This document shows positions 31,446 to 41,211 of a stretch of DNA of 64,000 nucleotides, in pieces. The notes under the pieces are model-generated. The model saw nothing but the letters and a program-made list of their open reading frames with translations, searched no databases and was not told where the DNA came from. Made by a program: the position numbers and the translations under genes. Each line of letters opens with the position of its first letter. Position 1 is the stretch's first letter. Origin of the DNA: a bacterium (lineage in GTDB: Bacteria > SZUA-182 > DTGQ01 > JAFGSM01); NCBI GenBank assembly GCA_049472315.1, contig JBLIRN010000003.1:1-64000 (forward strand), written 5' to 3'.

Positions 31446-32548
31446 AGTACATCGATGAATATCGTGATCGCGACATCTCCGCGGCACTGCTGAAGCGGAT
31501 CACGGCCCTGAAGGGGGAGATCCCGCACCCTGTCAAGATCATGGAGATATGCGGGACCCATACCGTGTCAATCTCCAAGTCCGGCATTCGCCAACTGCTG
31601 CCGGATGATCTACAGATCATCTCAGGCCCCGGGTGTCCGGTGTGCGTTACTCCGCTCGGGGAGGTGGATGCGGCCATCGACCTGGCATCCATGGATGAGG
31701 TCATCCTCACGACGTACGGCGACATGGTTCGGGTTCCCGGGACCGCATCGAGCCTCCAGGAATTAAAGGCCTCCGGCAGTGATATCCGGGTGGTCTATTC
31801 ATCCCTGGATGCACTGGAGATCGCGGAGAAGAACCCGGAACGGCAGGTGGTGTTTCTGGCGGTGGGATTCGAAACCACCGCACCCGCATCCGCCCTGGCC
31901 ATCCATCGGGCGAGGGACAGGGGGCTCGGCAACTTCAGCGTGCTCTGCCTGCACAAGGTGATTCCCCCGGCCTTGCATGCGTTATTGCCGGAGAATGCGA
32001 ACCGAATCGACGGATTTATCTGCCCGGGGCATGTGAGCGTGATCATCGGTGCACAGGCGTATGAATGTCTGGCCAAGGCAGGCAAGGCCGCGGTGATTAC
32101 AGGGTTTGAACCCCTGGATATCCTTGAAGGGCTATGGTTGATTATGCGGCAGATCCGTGCCTGCGAACCGAAGGTGGAGATACAGTATGCCCGGGTGGTA
32201 ACCTGGGAGGGAAACAGGACCGCGCAACGGGAGATGGAAAGGGCCTTCGAGCCCTGCACCGCATCATGGAGAGGGCTCGGAGAGATACCAGAAAGCGGAC
32301 TGAGGATACGGGAGGAATTTCGAGCCTGTGATGCAGCGGCGCGTTTCGGGGTAACCGTAGAACATAAGGCGGATCCCCCCGGCTGCTCCTGCGGGGATAT
32401 CCTGCGGGGGATGATGTCGCCTCAGGAGTGCGCACTGTTCGGCACTGCCTGCAATCCCTCTCATCCGGTGGGGCCCTGCATGGTTTCCTCGGAAGGCGCG
32501 TGCGCTGCATACTACAAATATTCACAGCGGAAAGGCACAAGGCAATGA
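31442..32548 (+). CDS. hypD: Hydrogenase maturation factor HypD
   Basis: MEICGTHT, GPGCPVCV, GFETTAP, GPCMVSSEGAC. Confidence 0.98.
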   Translation: MKYIDEYRDRDISAALLKRITALKGEIPHPVKIMEICGTHTVSISKSGIRQLLPDDLQIISGPGCPVCVTPLGEVDAAIDLASMDEVILTTYGDMVRVPGTASSLQELKASGSDIRVVYSSLDALEIAEKNPERQVVFLAVGFETTAPASALAIHRARDRGLGNFSVLCLHKVIPPALHALLPENANRIDGFICPGHVSVIIGAQAYECLAKAGKAAVITGFEPLDILEGLWLIMRQIRACEPKVEIQYARVVTWEGNRTAQREMERAFEPCTASWRGLGEIPESGLRIREEFRACDAAARFGVTVEHKADPPGCSCGDILRGMMSPQECALFGTACNPSHPVGPCMVSSEGACAAYYKYSQRKGTRQ

Positions 32549-33207
32549 AGATACCGGTGGTAACGAATATTCTCAAGGCAAATCAGCAGATCGCCAACGA
32601 TAACAGGTCCCTGTTCCAACAGAAGGGGATCTATGTGATGAACCTGATGAGCTCTCCGGGGGCGGGAAAAACCACGCTTCTGGAACGTACCATAGGCACC
32701 CTCAAGGATCGGTACCGCATGGCGGTTATCGAGGGTGACATCCAGGACACCTGTGACAGTGCGCGCATCGCCGCACACGGCATCCCCGCCGTCCAAATCA
32801 ACACCGGCGGCGCCTGCCACCTGGATGCACCCATGATCCATCAGGCCCTCTCTTCGCTTGATCTTGACGGTCTCGATGTCCTGGTGGTCGAGAATGTCGG
32901 GAACCTGGTGTGCCCGGCTGAATTCGATATCGGGGAGCACGACAAGGTGATGATCCTGAGCGTTACCGAAGGGGACGACAAGCCCCAGAAGTACCCGCTC
33001 ATGTTCTCCCTGTCCTCCGCCCTCCTCCTCAACAAGATCGATCTCCTCCCCCATGTGTCCTTTGATATGGATAAGGCAAAGGATGTCGCGAGAAAATTGC
33101 GTCCCGGCATAGAGATATTCGATGTCTCGTGTACGAAGGGTTCCGGCCTGTCAGCCTGGTGTGAATGGCTTGCGCAGAGGATTGACGGAGCCAGGGCCGG
33201 CGCATGA
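32545..33207 (+). CDS. hypB: Hydrogenase nickel-insertion GTPase HypB
   Basis: SSPGAGKTT, GACHLDA, ENVGNLVCPA, NKID; ATGA overlap with hypD. Confidence 0.97.
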   Translation: MKIPVVTNILKANQQIANDNRSLFQQKGIYVMNLMSSPGAGKTTLLERTIGTLKDRYRMAVIEGDIQDTCDSARIAAHGIPAVQINTGGACHLDAPMIHQALSSLDLDGLDVLVVENVGNLVCPAEFDIGEHDKVMILSVTEGDDKPQKYPLMFSLSSALLLNKIDLLPHVSFDMDKAKDVARKLRPGIEIFDVSCTKGSGLSAWCEWLAQRIDGARAGA

Positions 33208-33219
33208 CGGGAGTGTTCC

Positions 33220-35547
33220 ATGGCCCGGAGCGATGTGCATACCAGAAAAAGGATACAGGTCAGAGGGGTGGTGCAGGGGATCGGGTTTCGCCCCTATATC
33301 TACCTCCAGGCAACCAGGCGTGACCTGAAGGGGCTGGTATTCAATACGGTGCAGGGGGTAACCATCGAGGTGGAGGGGGAGGAGGCAGCGGTCAACGAAT
33401 TCGTTGACGATCTGGAGACAAGGCCGCCTCCCCTTGCCCGGATCAGCGGCTTCGATGTCGCCGCCATCCCCTTGCAGGGTGAGACCTCCTTCGTCATCAA
33501 GGAGAGCCTGGGAGGATGTGATCCTGCGGTGGTCATTCCCCCCGATCTCGCCCTGTGCCCCGAGTGCCTGAAGGAGTTAAACGACCCGTCTGACCGCCGC
33601 TATCGGTATCCATTCATCAATTGCACCCAATGCGGCCCCCGTCTCACCATCGTCAGGAAGGTCCCCTATGACCGTGAGAATACCTCCATGGCCTCCTTCC
33701 GCATGTGTCCGGAATGCGAGGCGGAATTCCATGACCCTTCAACCAGGCGCTTTCATGCCCAGCCCAATGCCTGCAGCCGATGCGGTCCCCGCGTCTGGCT
33801 CGTGGATAATGCGGGAAGCCTTATCCAGGCAGACGATCCCGTGCGAAGGACCGCGAAGTTGCTCAAGGAAGGGGCAATTGTGGCCATCAAGGGCCTGGGC
33901 GGGTTTCACCTGGCGGTCGATGCAACAAATGAGGAGGCGGTGCAGCGTCTCCGCTCGCGAAAATCCAGGGAGGGGAAACCGCTCGCCGTGATGTCCGGCA
34001 GCATCGACACGATACGGCTCTATGCGGAGGTCGCCGCACAGGATGCAGCGCTGCTCGATGGCCCTCTCCATCCCATCCTGCTTTTCCCCAAAAGGGAGCC
34101 GAATCCCCTGGCGCCCTCGGTGGCGCCGTGCCAGCGCTCCTTCGGCGTGATGCTCCCCTACACCCCCGTGCACGCCATGCTCCTTGCCGAGGGGTTCATC
34201 GCCCTGGTGATGACGAGCGGAAACCGCTCGGAGGAGCCGATAGCGATCCAAAACGCCGAGGCGATGGAATCCCTGCAGGACATTGCCGACTGTTTTCTCC
34301 TCCATGACAGGGAGATCCTGGTGCGCTGCGATGATTCGGTGGTCATGCCGGTCAACGGCACACATTATGTTATCAGACGGGCACGCGGGTATGTCCCGCT
34401 CCCTGTTCGCCTGCGCGGTTCCTTGGAGCCCGTGCTGGCCCTCGGGGCGGAGATGAAGAATACCCTGTGCGTGCTGCGGGAAGATCAGGCATTTCTGAGC
34501 CAGCATATCGGGGACCTGGACAGCCCTGGTGCGCGGCGTTTTTTCGACGAATGCCTCAGCAGGACACAGGAGATCGCCGGGGTCTTCCCGCGGATCATTG
34601 CCCACGATCGCCACCCCGACTACCATACCACACGGCTTGCCTCCGGCATGTCCGGCATGAAGGATACGTGTTGCTATGCGGTCCAGCACCATCATGCGCA
34701 CCTGGTGAGCTGTATGGCGGACAACGAACTGAAAGGCCCTGTGGCCGGCCTGATCTTCGATGGCACGGGGTATGGAACGGACGGCACGATCTGGGGAGGG
34801 GAGGTGCTGGTGGGGGACGAGGTCCGGTTTGAACGTGCGGCCCATATTGCGCCGTTTCCCCTGCCCGGCGGAGATGCGGCGACCCTGAATCCCTGGCGCA
34901 TTGCCCTTGGCCTGCTTTTGCGGATTCACGAGGGAAGCGAGGATGCCCTTTCCCATGTGATCAACACGATTCTGGACCGGGAGGGGATTTCTCCCTCCGC
35001 GTACTCATCCATTCACACCATGCTGGACAGGGGGATCAACACCCCCATCACATCGAGCATGGGGCGCCTCTTTGACGCAGTGTCAGTGCTTCTCGGATTC
35101 ACCGGGAGGGTCAGCTATGAAGGGCAGGCCGCCATTGAACTCGAGTACCATGCCTCCCGGAGTGATGACCCTGGGACGTACCCGGTGGTCGTCTCCACCG
35201 AGGCATCCCCCTGGAGAATGGAGATCGCCCCGATTATCCTGGGCATCGTCGAGGACCTCGACCGCATGGTCCCTCGCGAGGTGATCGGACGCAGGTTCCA
35301 CACCACCATCATCCGGATGGGCGTCGATGCCGCCCGCGCTGTGTGCGAGCGCCATGCGATCGACCGCGTGGTTGTGAGCGGGGGGTGCTTCCAGAATCGA
35401 ATCCTTCTTGAAGGAATTGTCGAGGGCCTGCGCAGGCAGGGTATCCATGCATTCTTCCACCGGCACGTCCCCACCAACGACGGCGGCATTTCCCTCGGCC
35501 AGGCGGTGTGCGCCGCTGCGCTCAATGCGCGGGCAAATCCCCGGTAA
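33220..35547 (+). CDS. hypF: Carbamoyltransferase HypF
   Basis: GVVQGIGFRP, zinc fingers, KGLGGFHL, QHHHAH, NDGGISLGQ. Confidence 0.98.
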   Translation: MARSDVHTRKRIQVRGVVQGIGFRPYIYLQATRRDLKGLVFNTVQGVTIEVEGEEAAVNEFVDDLETRPPPLARISGFDVAAIPLQGETSFVIKESLGGCDPAVVIPPDLALCPECLKELNDPSDRRYRYPFINCTQCGPRLTIVRKVPYDRENTSMASFRMCPECEAEFHDPSTRRFHAQPNACSRCGPRVWLVDNAGSLIQADDPVRRTAKLLKEGAIVAIKGLGGFHLAVDATNEEAVQRLRSRKSREGKPLAVMSGSIDTIRLYAEVAAQDAALLDGPLHPILLFPKREPNPLAPSVAPCQRSFGVMLPYTPVHAMLLAEGFIALVMTSGNRSEEPIAIQNAEAMESLQDIADCFLLHDREILVRCDDSVVMPVNGTHYVIRRARGYVPLPVRLRGSLEPVLALGAEMKNTLCVLREDQAFLSQHIGDLDSPGARRFFDECLSRTQEIAGVFPRIIAHDRHPDYHTTRLASGMSGMKDTCCYAVQHHHAHLVSCMADNELKGPVAGLIFDGTGYGTDGTIWGGEVLVGDEVRFERAAHIAPFPLPGGDAATLNPWRIALGLLLRIHEGSEDALSHVINTILDREGISPSAYSSIHTMLDRGINTPITSSMGRLFDAVSVLLGFTGRVSYEGQAAIELEYHASRSDDPGTYPVVVSTEASPWRMEIAPIILGIVEDLDRMVPREVIGRRFHTTIIRMGVDAARAVCERHAIDRVVVSGGCFQNRILLEGIVEGLRRQGIHAFFHRHVPTNDGGISLGQAVCAAALNARANPR

Positions 35548-35664
35548 TGCAGAGGGGATAGCCTTAAGATGAAACGATGCCGCGATATTCCCTTGTGACA
35601 CCGGGGCAGGCCATTGATTCCCTTCCGGCCCGGCGTCATCTACATTGATATTTCGATAAGCTTA

Positions 35665-35760
35665 TGATAACATTTAAATAACTACTCATTGCCACATTTG
35701 TCTTAGAACCAATTGTCGTGCATAATTTATAATTTGAAAAGTAGTTCTTAATTGTTATGA
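35665..35760 (+). other. attC-like imperfect inverted repeat upstream of hicB (alternatively a promoter/operator)
   Basis: TGATAAC-ATTTAAATAACTACT ... AGTAGTTCTTAATT-GTTATGA, with one unpaired base in the left arm. Confidence 0.45.
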
Positions 35761-35799
35761 AGTATTATTTGGTGTTATGGTTAAAATAAAGGAGAAAAC

Positions 35800-36024
35800 A
35801 TGAAAGTAATATTAACGGCAGTTTTTGAAAAATCACCCTATGGTTATATTGGATATGTTGAAGAACTACCAGGGGCTAATACACAGGGAACGACTCTTGA
35901 AGAAACGAAAAGGAATCTTGTTGAAGCAATACAATTAGTTTTGGAAGCTAACCGGCAACTTATTGAAGAAGAGATATCTGAGAGAGAAACAATAAAAGAA
36001 CCATTAGGCGCTGTTTCAATATGA
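35800..36024 (+). CDS. hicB: Short HicB-family antitoxin
   Basis: YIGYVEELPGANTQGTTLEETKRNLVEAI; AAGGAG RBS. Confidence 0.92.
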   Translation: MKVILTAVFEKSPYGYIGYVEELPGANTQGTTLEETKRNLVEAIQLVLEANRQLIEEEISERETIKEPLGAVSI

Positions 36025-36206
36025 AACATCAGGATCTAGTTCGCCATATCGAGAAGCATGGGTGTGAGTTCTTAAGGGAAGGTGGCAATCATACAGTCTA
36101 TGTAAATCGCAAGGAAAAGAAAGCAACCACCATTCCAAGACATCGTGATATTGATGATGATTTATCCAGAAAAATCTGTAAAGACCTGGGCATCCCAAAG
36201 CCATAA
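36021..36206 (+). CDS. hicA: HicA-family mRNA interferase toxin
   Basis: LREGGNHTVY, TTIPRH, KICKDLGI; ATGA overlap with hicB. Confidence 0.93.
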   Translation: MKHQDLVRHIEKHGCEFLREGGNHTVYVNRKEKKATTIPRHRDIDDDLSRKICKDLGIPKP

Positions 36207-37056
36207 CAAGCTCATATACAGGCAGATGGCTTGGAGAGTGTGGCGCTCCTTGCCACGCTAATGCTTTATATAATGCGGAAGCTGTTCCGCTAAATAAATC
36301 TATAACTCTGCTTGCCGACTTGAAGGAGGTCGAAACTGAGCACCTCGGAAGTCGCAACGATTGAGGCCTTCTTTCTCAATGCCTTTGCCCTATGTGTAGT
36401 TGCCTACCAGACGAGGCTAACTCGGAAATCACTGCGAACAACCAATAGATCCTTGGTGTTGTCCATCAGGATGATGCAGGTTGAGATGTTGCTCAATGCG
36501 AACTGGATTATTAATGTGCGATTGCATCCAGAAATGCGGATAGCTGACCTTGAGAGGGTAATTGAGGACTGCCGGATCACCTCAAAATGCGCGACGCGGA
36601 TAGGATGAAGGCTATGGCACGGGCCGGCTCGAAGACTCCTCATGGACTTGTCGGAATTTCGGCACACCTGCTGAATTCATCCCAGAAAAAGTAGTCCATA
36701 AATTGAGGGAAAATCTTCTTCCTATATTCATTGACCTGTTCTTTCATAGTCATGAGAAGGAGCTGGTTATAGTATAATGAAAATCTGAAATCGATTATGG
36801 ATATTTTAGCAATTAATATATCGAAATTAATAGGTTAACCCTCAATCTTATTTTAAACGGTCGAATAGTGGTGCTCGTAACCAAGAGGAAAATGGCGGCG
36901 TCTATGTTATTTTAGAGAATGAGCTATTTCAGGTGACAAATATGGTAAGACTTATTATGCAAAGGGGGTGATTCATCGTTAGAGATTAAAAGATAAGCGT
37001 GGACCCATAAGGGGTTATGAATCTTGATGGTAAGTCCTGACAGGGATGGCAGCCAC

Positions 37057-39351
37057 ATGAAAAGAACACCTATCATAATAATGCTCACCATACATTTTCT
37101 CCTATGTTGTACCCTTGGCTTCAGTCTGGTAACTCAAGCATCGGCAGACACGGATTATTTTTCGGAGAATGCTGAACGGCTGAAGGAGGAGGGGGACTTT
37201 GAAAACTGGCCGGGCAAAAACGGACCGGTAAGGGCGGGGATAATCCTGAGCAAGGATCATTTCAGCTCGCTGCAGGAAGCGGAGGAGGATGATATACCCA
37301 TCATTCGTATTATGGATGACGTTGAGGGCGTACTGGGAACCAGGTACAGTTATGGGTGGATAGTCAAGGAGAAGGGGAAGGTACGCATCAAAATTCATGT
37401 GATGCAGACCTGCCTCCAGGCGCAGAATTTTTTGATCTGGAGATTTGCTACCTGTAGCATGGCTAATATTCATTTGCCCTCCAGGGGAGAGCGATACGGT
37501 ATACATGCAGGGGATATCTCTTTTGTTTCAGACAATTCGATTCTTTTTGTCAGAAATAACATCCATGTCGAGATAACCGTATATGACGAAATGGAAAACG
37601 ATTTAAAGGAAATCGCCGAGGAACTGGATCAACTCCTGTTATCAAGACCCACGGGAGAGGATGCGCTTGAGCTGATGCCTGTGATTATAGGGATCAATGC
37701 GTCAGAGAGCTCCATTAAACCTGACAATATATCTGATCTGACGCTAGACATTGAATTCCCCGCAGGCAACCCCACCAATTTAGACCCAATAGAGGGGGAT
37801 ATTTTTGGCAGAGTTACTGACAGTCCATTCTCAAATGAGGAGTTGATTTTCATGTGGAAGACAACGGAAGGTGATGTATATCTTGACGATGTGGATCAAT
37901 ATTTTTATTCCTCGGAGGAAGAGGGCCTGCACATACTGACACTCCTCCTTTCGGGCAAGGATACCGGCATCGTCACGGAGGCGCAGATTACTATTGAGGT
38001 AACGGATGATGAAGGGATCGATGAGCGATTCTGGGATTTTCTGCTGACCGCGGATGAAGTCCCCGGCTATCGCCTTACAAAGGTGCGCCATCATATTGCC
38101 TACCGCTCCAACCCCGGTGAAACGGAATACGTGGTTGAACAAGACTGGGCTTCAATCGATGAGGACATAGAAGTCAATCTTATGATGGAGATATTTGATT
38201 CCGAAGAGGCCGCCATACGCGGAATGGATGGTTACATGGACACTGCAGAGCCATGGGTATACGGATCCGTGTATGGGGGGATCCTCGGAGCCCATTCGTG
38301 GAGAACCGGGAATTCCAATTCCGGAGTCATTTTCACCTATGGAAATGTCGGGATTCGCCTGCTCACGCATAAATATATGGAAGAGGAATCACTGAGAATA
38401 AATCAAAAGGCAATAACCGATGTGGCACTAAGGCAGATAGAAAAAATCCATCGGAATCTTGCGCCGGAGATCAATGATTTCAGAGAATCTCTGAGGCAGA
38501 CGAGGCTGTCGCCCGCCGAATACAGCCGGTATATGACCGAGGCCGTCGACGTCAATCTCAATGGATACCAGTTGATCACCAATGAGAATTCCTTTTGGCT
38601 TTTAAGGGATGAGGGCCTCAGGATGGGTATTCGTAAGGAATGGCAGAACAGTCAAGGTAACGTCATAGGGGTGGATATCTGTAAACTGGAATCAAACGCC
38701 ATGGCAACGGATACCGCATCGGAGAGAAGGGAGATGGGGATAGGTTTCTTTGATGATGAAAAGTGGACTGGTTTCCTTGATGATCAAAACGCAAGCAGGA
38801 TCTTGGTCCATGGTAGTGCCGCCATCCATGTCTATAATCTCAACCATGAATATTCTGTCACACGTAAGATAAGCCCTCCTGATTATCCGCCGCCACCCCC
38901 GACATTATCTTTAATGAACCCAATCTATAATGAGCGATTGGGTTTGACTTTTGTCTATTACGGCAATCCATATTATGATCGCGGATCTCTGTATAACCGC
39001 TTTCCTGCAACCGCATATAGCAATATGTCTTTGAGATATCCATACAATGGCAATGTATATCCGCCTAACGCGACCTCTTATGTACGGAATAGCGCAGCGC
39101 CTACTTATATAACCGCCGGATATAATTACCCGGCTTACTCTCCCGGACGATATGCCTTCTCAGTTAATCCAAGGGATTCGTATGGAGGATATATTTCCCC
39201 GTACAACTATAACCGTCCTCTTTACGGTTTTGCATCCTTTAATCCTTATCCGGCTGTATCCCCAGGCATTTTTAACATGCTTGCCAGCTCCAATCTGGGC
39301 ACAGCACTAAAAGGGATTGAACTGATGCATAATCTTTGGCCTTCGTTGTAA
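37057..39351 (+). CDS. Large secreted acidic protein with repeated globular modules and a Tyr/Pro/Asn-rich tail
   Basis: Signal peptide ending ASA; long uninterrupted ORF; low-complexity tail after PPDYPPPPP; start could be 37024. Confidence 0.85.
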   Translation: MKRTPIIIMLTIHFLLCCTLGFSLVTQASADTDYFSENAERLKEEGDFENWPGKNGPVRAGIILSKDHFSSLQEAEEDDIPIIRIMDDVEGVLGTRYSYGWIVKEKGKVRIKIHVMQTCLQAQNFLIWRFATCSMANIHLPSRGERYGIHAGDISFVSDNSILFVRNNIHVEITVYDEMENDLKEIAEELDQLLLSRPTGEDALELMPVIIGINASESSIKPDNISDLTLDIEFPAGNPTNLDPIEGDIFGRVTDSPFSNEELIFMWKTTEGDVYLDDVDQYFYSSEEEGLHILTLLLSGKDTGIVTEAQITIEVTDDEGIDERFWDFLLTADEVPGYRLTKVRHHIAYRSNPGETEYVVEQDWASIDEDIEVNLMMEIFDSEEAAIRGMDGYMDTAEPWVYGSVYGGILGAHSWRTGNSNSGVIFTYGNVGIRLLTHKYMEEESLRINQKAITDVALRQIEKIHRNLAPEINDFRESLRQTRLSPAEYSRYMTEAVDVNLNGYQLITNENSFWLLRDEGLRMGIRKEWQNSQGNVIGVDICKLESNAMATDTASERREMGIGFFDDEKWTGFLDDQNASRILVHGSAAIHVYNLNHEYSVTRKISPPDYPPPPPTLSLMNPIYNERLGLTFVYYGNPYYDRGSLYNRFPATAYSNMSLRYPYNGNVYPPNATSYVRNSAAPTYITAGYNYPAYSPGRYAFSVNPRDSYGGYISPYNYNRPLYGFASFNPYPAVSPGIFNMLASSNLGTALKGIELMHNLWPSL

Positions 39352-39460
39352 CTATGAGTATATCCATATTCATTGTATTCCGCTCTTCGGACAGGAGGGT
39401 ATCCAAGGTATACGTCCTTGCGGAGAACCTTCGTTACCATTGGGTCCGGCAAGGAATCAT

Positions 39461-40468
39461 TTAACATATTCTCGGGAGGATCTCCCCTGTCGGCCGGTCG
39501 AGCATGCGGGTTCCACCGATAGCGGTACGGATGACCACCTCACCGGCCGAATCCTCAACAACCCGGCCGATGACCGCCGCTTCCCTACCCAAGGGATGGG
39601 CCCGCATGGTCTCAAGTACCCTTTGCGCATCCTCGTCGGCGACAAAAACCAGCATCTTTCCCTCATTGGCGACATATAGTGGATCGATGCCGAGGATCTC
39701 GCATGCCCCCCTTACCGAGGGTTTTACAGGGATGGCCTCCTCCTCGAGCAGGAACGTCTTGCGCGACCTTTCAGCGATTTCATTCAGCACCGATGCGACC
39801 CCTCCCCTGGTGGGGTCCCTCATGCAGTGAATGTGTGCCGATGCGGTCAATATCTCCTTTACCAAGGTATGCAGAAAGGCGACATCCGAGTGTATCTCGC
39901 CCGAGAAGCTGAGCCCTTCCCTCATGCTCATCACCGCCATGCCGTGATCGCCGATGGTCCCGCTCAGGATGATGGTGTCCCCCGGTTGTGCATGTGTACC
40001 GGAAATGGTGCCGGAATAGCTCACCAGCCCGATCCCCGTGGAATTGATAAAGAGCTTGTCACCCTTCCCGTGGGGAACCACCTTGGTGTCACCGGTGATG
40101 ACGCTTATGCCGGCCTCCTTTGCCGTACGCGCCATGGATGCGATGACCCGGTCCAGGTCACCCAGTGAAAACCCCTCCTCGATGATCACCGCCACGCTGA
40201 GGTAGAGGGGTGCTCCGCCGCACATGGCCACGTCATTTAAGGTGCCGCATATGGCGAGTTTCCCTATGTCACCTCCGGGGAAGAAGAGGGGGTCCACCAC
40301 GTAGGTGTCGGTGGACATGCACAGGCGCATGCCGTTGATGGCAAATAGTCCCCCATCATCAAGAGAACCTAAAATAGGATTTGAAAAGAAAGGGAGAAAG
40401 TGCTCCTCGATCAATTGCTGTGAAAGCATGCCGCCGCTTCCGTGGGCGAGCAATATTGTGTCTGCCAT
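39461..40468 (-). CDS. hypE: Hydrogenase maturation dehydratase HypE
   Basis: LAHGSGG, FFPGGDIG, TGDTKVV, MRDPTRGG, C-terminal PRIC. Confidence 0.98.
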   Translation of the reverse strand: MADTILLAHGSGGMLSQQLIEEHFLPFFSNPILGSLDDGGLFAINGMRLCMSTDTYVVDPLFFPGGDIGKLAICGTLNDVAMCGGAPLYLSVAVIIEEGFSLGDLDRVIASMARTAKEAGISVITGDTKVVPHGKGDKLFINSTGIGLVSYSGTISGTHAQPGDTIILSGTIGDHGMAVMSMREGLSFSGEIHSDVAFLHTLVKEILTASAHIHCMRDPTRGGVASVLNEIAERSRKTFLLEEEAIPVKPSVRGACEILGIDPLYVANEGKMLVFVADEDAQRVLETMRAHPLGREAAVIGRVVEDSAGEVVIRTAIGGTRMLDRPTGEILPRIC

Positions 40469-40805
40469 GGCCTCCATCCTCAAGCTATATGATTGAGACG
40501 GTATTCCCGACAAGCTTCTGCATCCTGCTACGGTCTTATACCATACTTTCATTAAAAATTGTAACCGATCAATACATCTATTGTTCCTTCCGACCACCCG
40601 TAAGGCCCGTCTCGAAAATGTGCAACGGTTGCCCGACCCGTGGGGCCGGTTGAGATGTGACGCAACAAGCCATATGTGCATGGGAGGGATCTCCCGGAGG
40701 ATGTTGCTCGCCAGCTTAACCGGGCGAGAATACGGTTCCTTTAAACGGTTCCCATAAAAGGATAGTGGCGATGCAATGCGGTGCGATAAAGACATAATGA
40801 TGAGG

Positions 40806-40835
40806 TTGACAGGGGGAGATTATTCTTGGTATAGT
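40806..40835 (+). promoter_or_regulatory. Putative sigma70 promoter for fdnGHI
   Basis: TTGACA-N18-TATAGT with TG extension, about 375 nt before fdnG. Confidence 0.5.
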
Positions 40836-41211
40836 ATAGAATCAAATTGTTCTATTCCAAGCCTTTGTTTAGGCGGCATATCGTACGATAACAGTCTTTG
40901 TTGAACAGCGTCTTTGGCCCTTGTGGATCAACGGAGGGCCGTTAGATAAGGAATCCCTGTTGATGTTGTCTCGCTTTGCAGAAGGTGTTTTTGTCCCTTT
41001 CCCTTTCAAGTGTTTTCCATGTGATAATTCACGGCCTATATGCGCCGGAATCCATAGCAGCACCATTACCCATCCATTAACTATTCAAACCCTGAAGGGG
41101 GTGATTTTTTACTCGACGCACCAGTGTATGTATGAGTCCATCTCAGTATAGCAGTATTTATAGCCAATGCCATTCATTCCAAACGTCCTCAAAAGGAGGT
41201 GTAACATTCGT

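Noticed and set aside
36300..36700. ORF 36404-36667 or a transposase remnant in the AT-rich insert
   Set aside because: No RBS or recognisable motif in the frames I read; may be decayed DNA but cannot be supported
40469..40795. 109-aa N-terminal extension of HypE in the ORF track
   Set aside because: Homology begins at MADTILLAHGSGG, which has its own GGAGG
41019..41034. Rex operator upstream of fdnG
   Set aside because: GTGA-N4-TCAC spacing is 2 nt shorter than the Rex consensus
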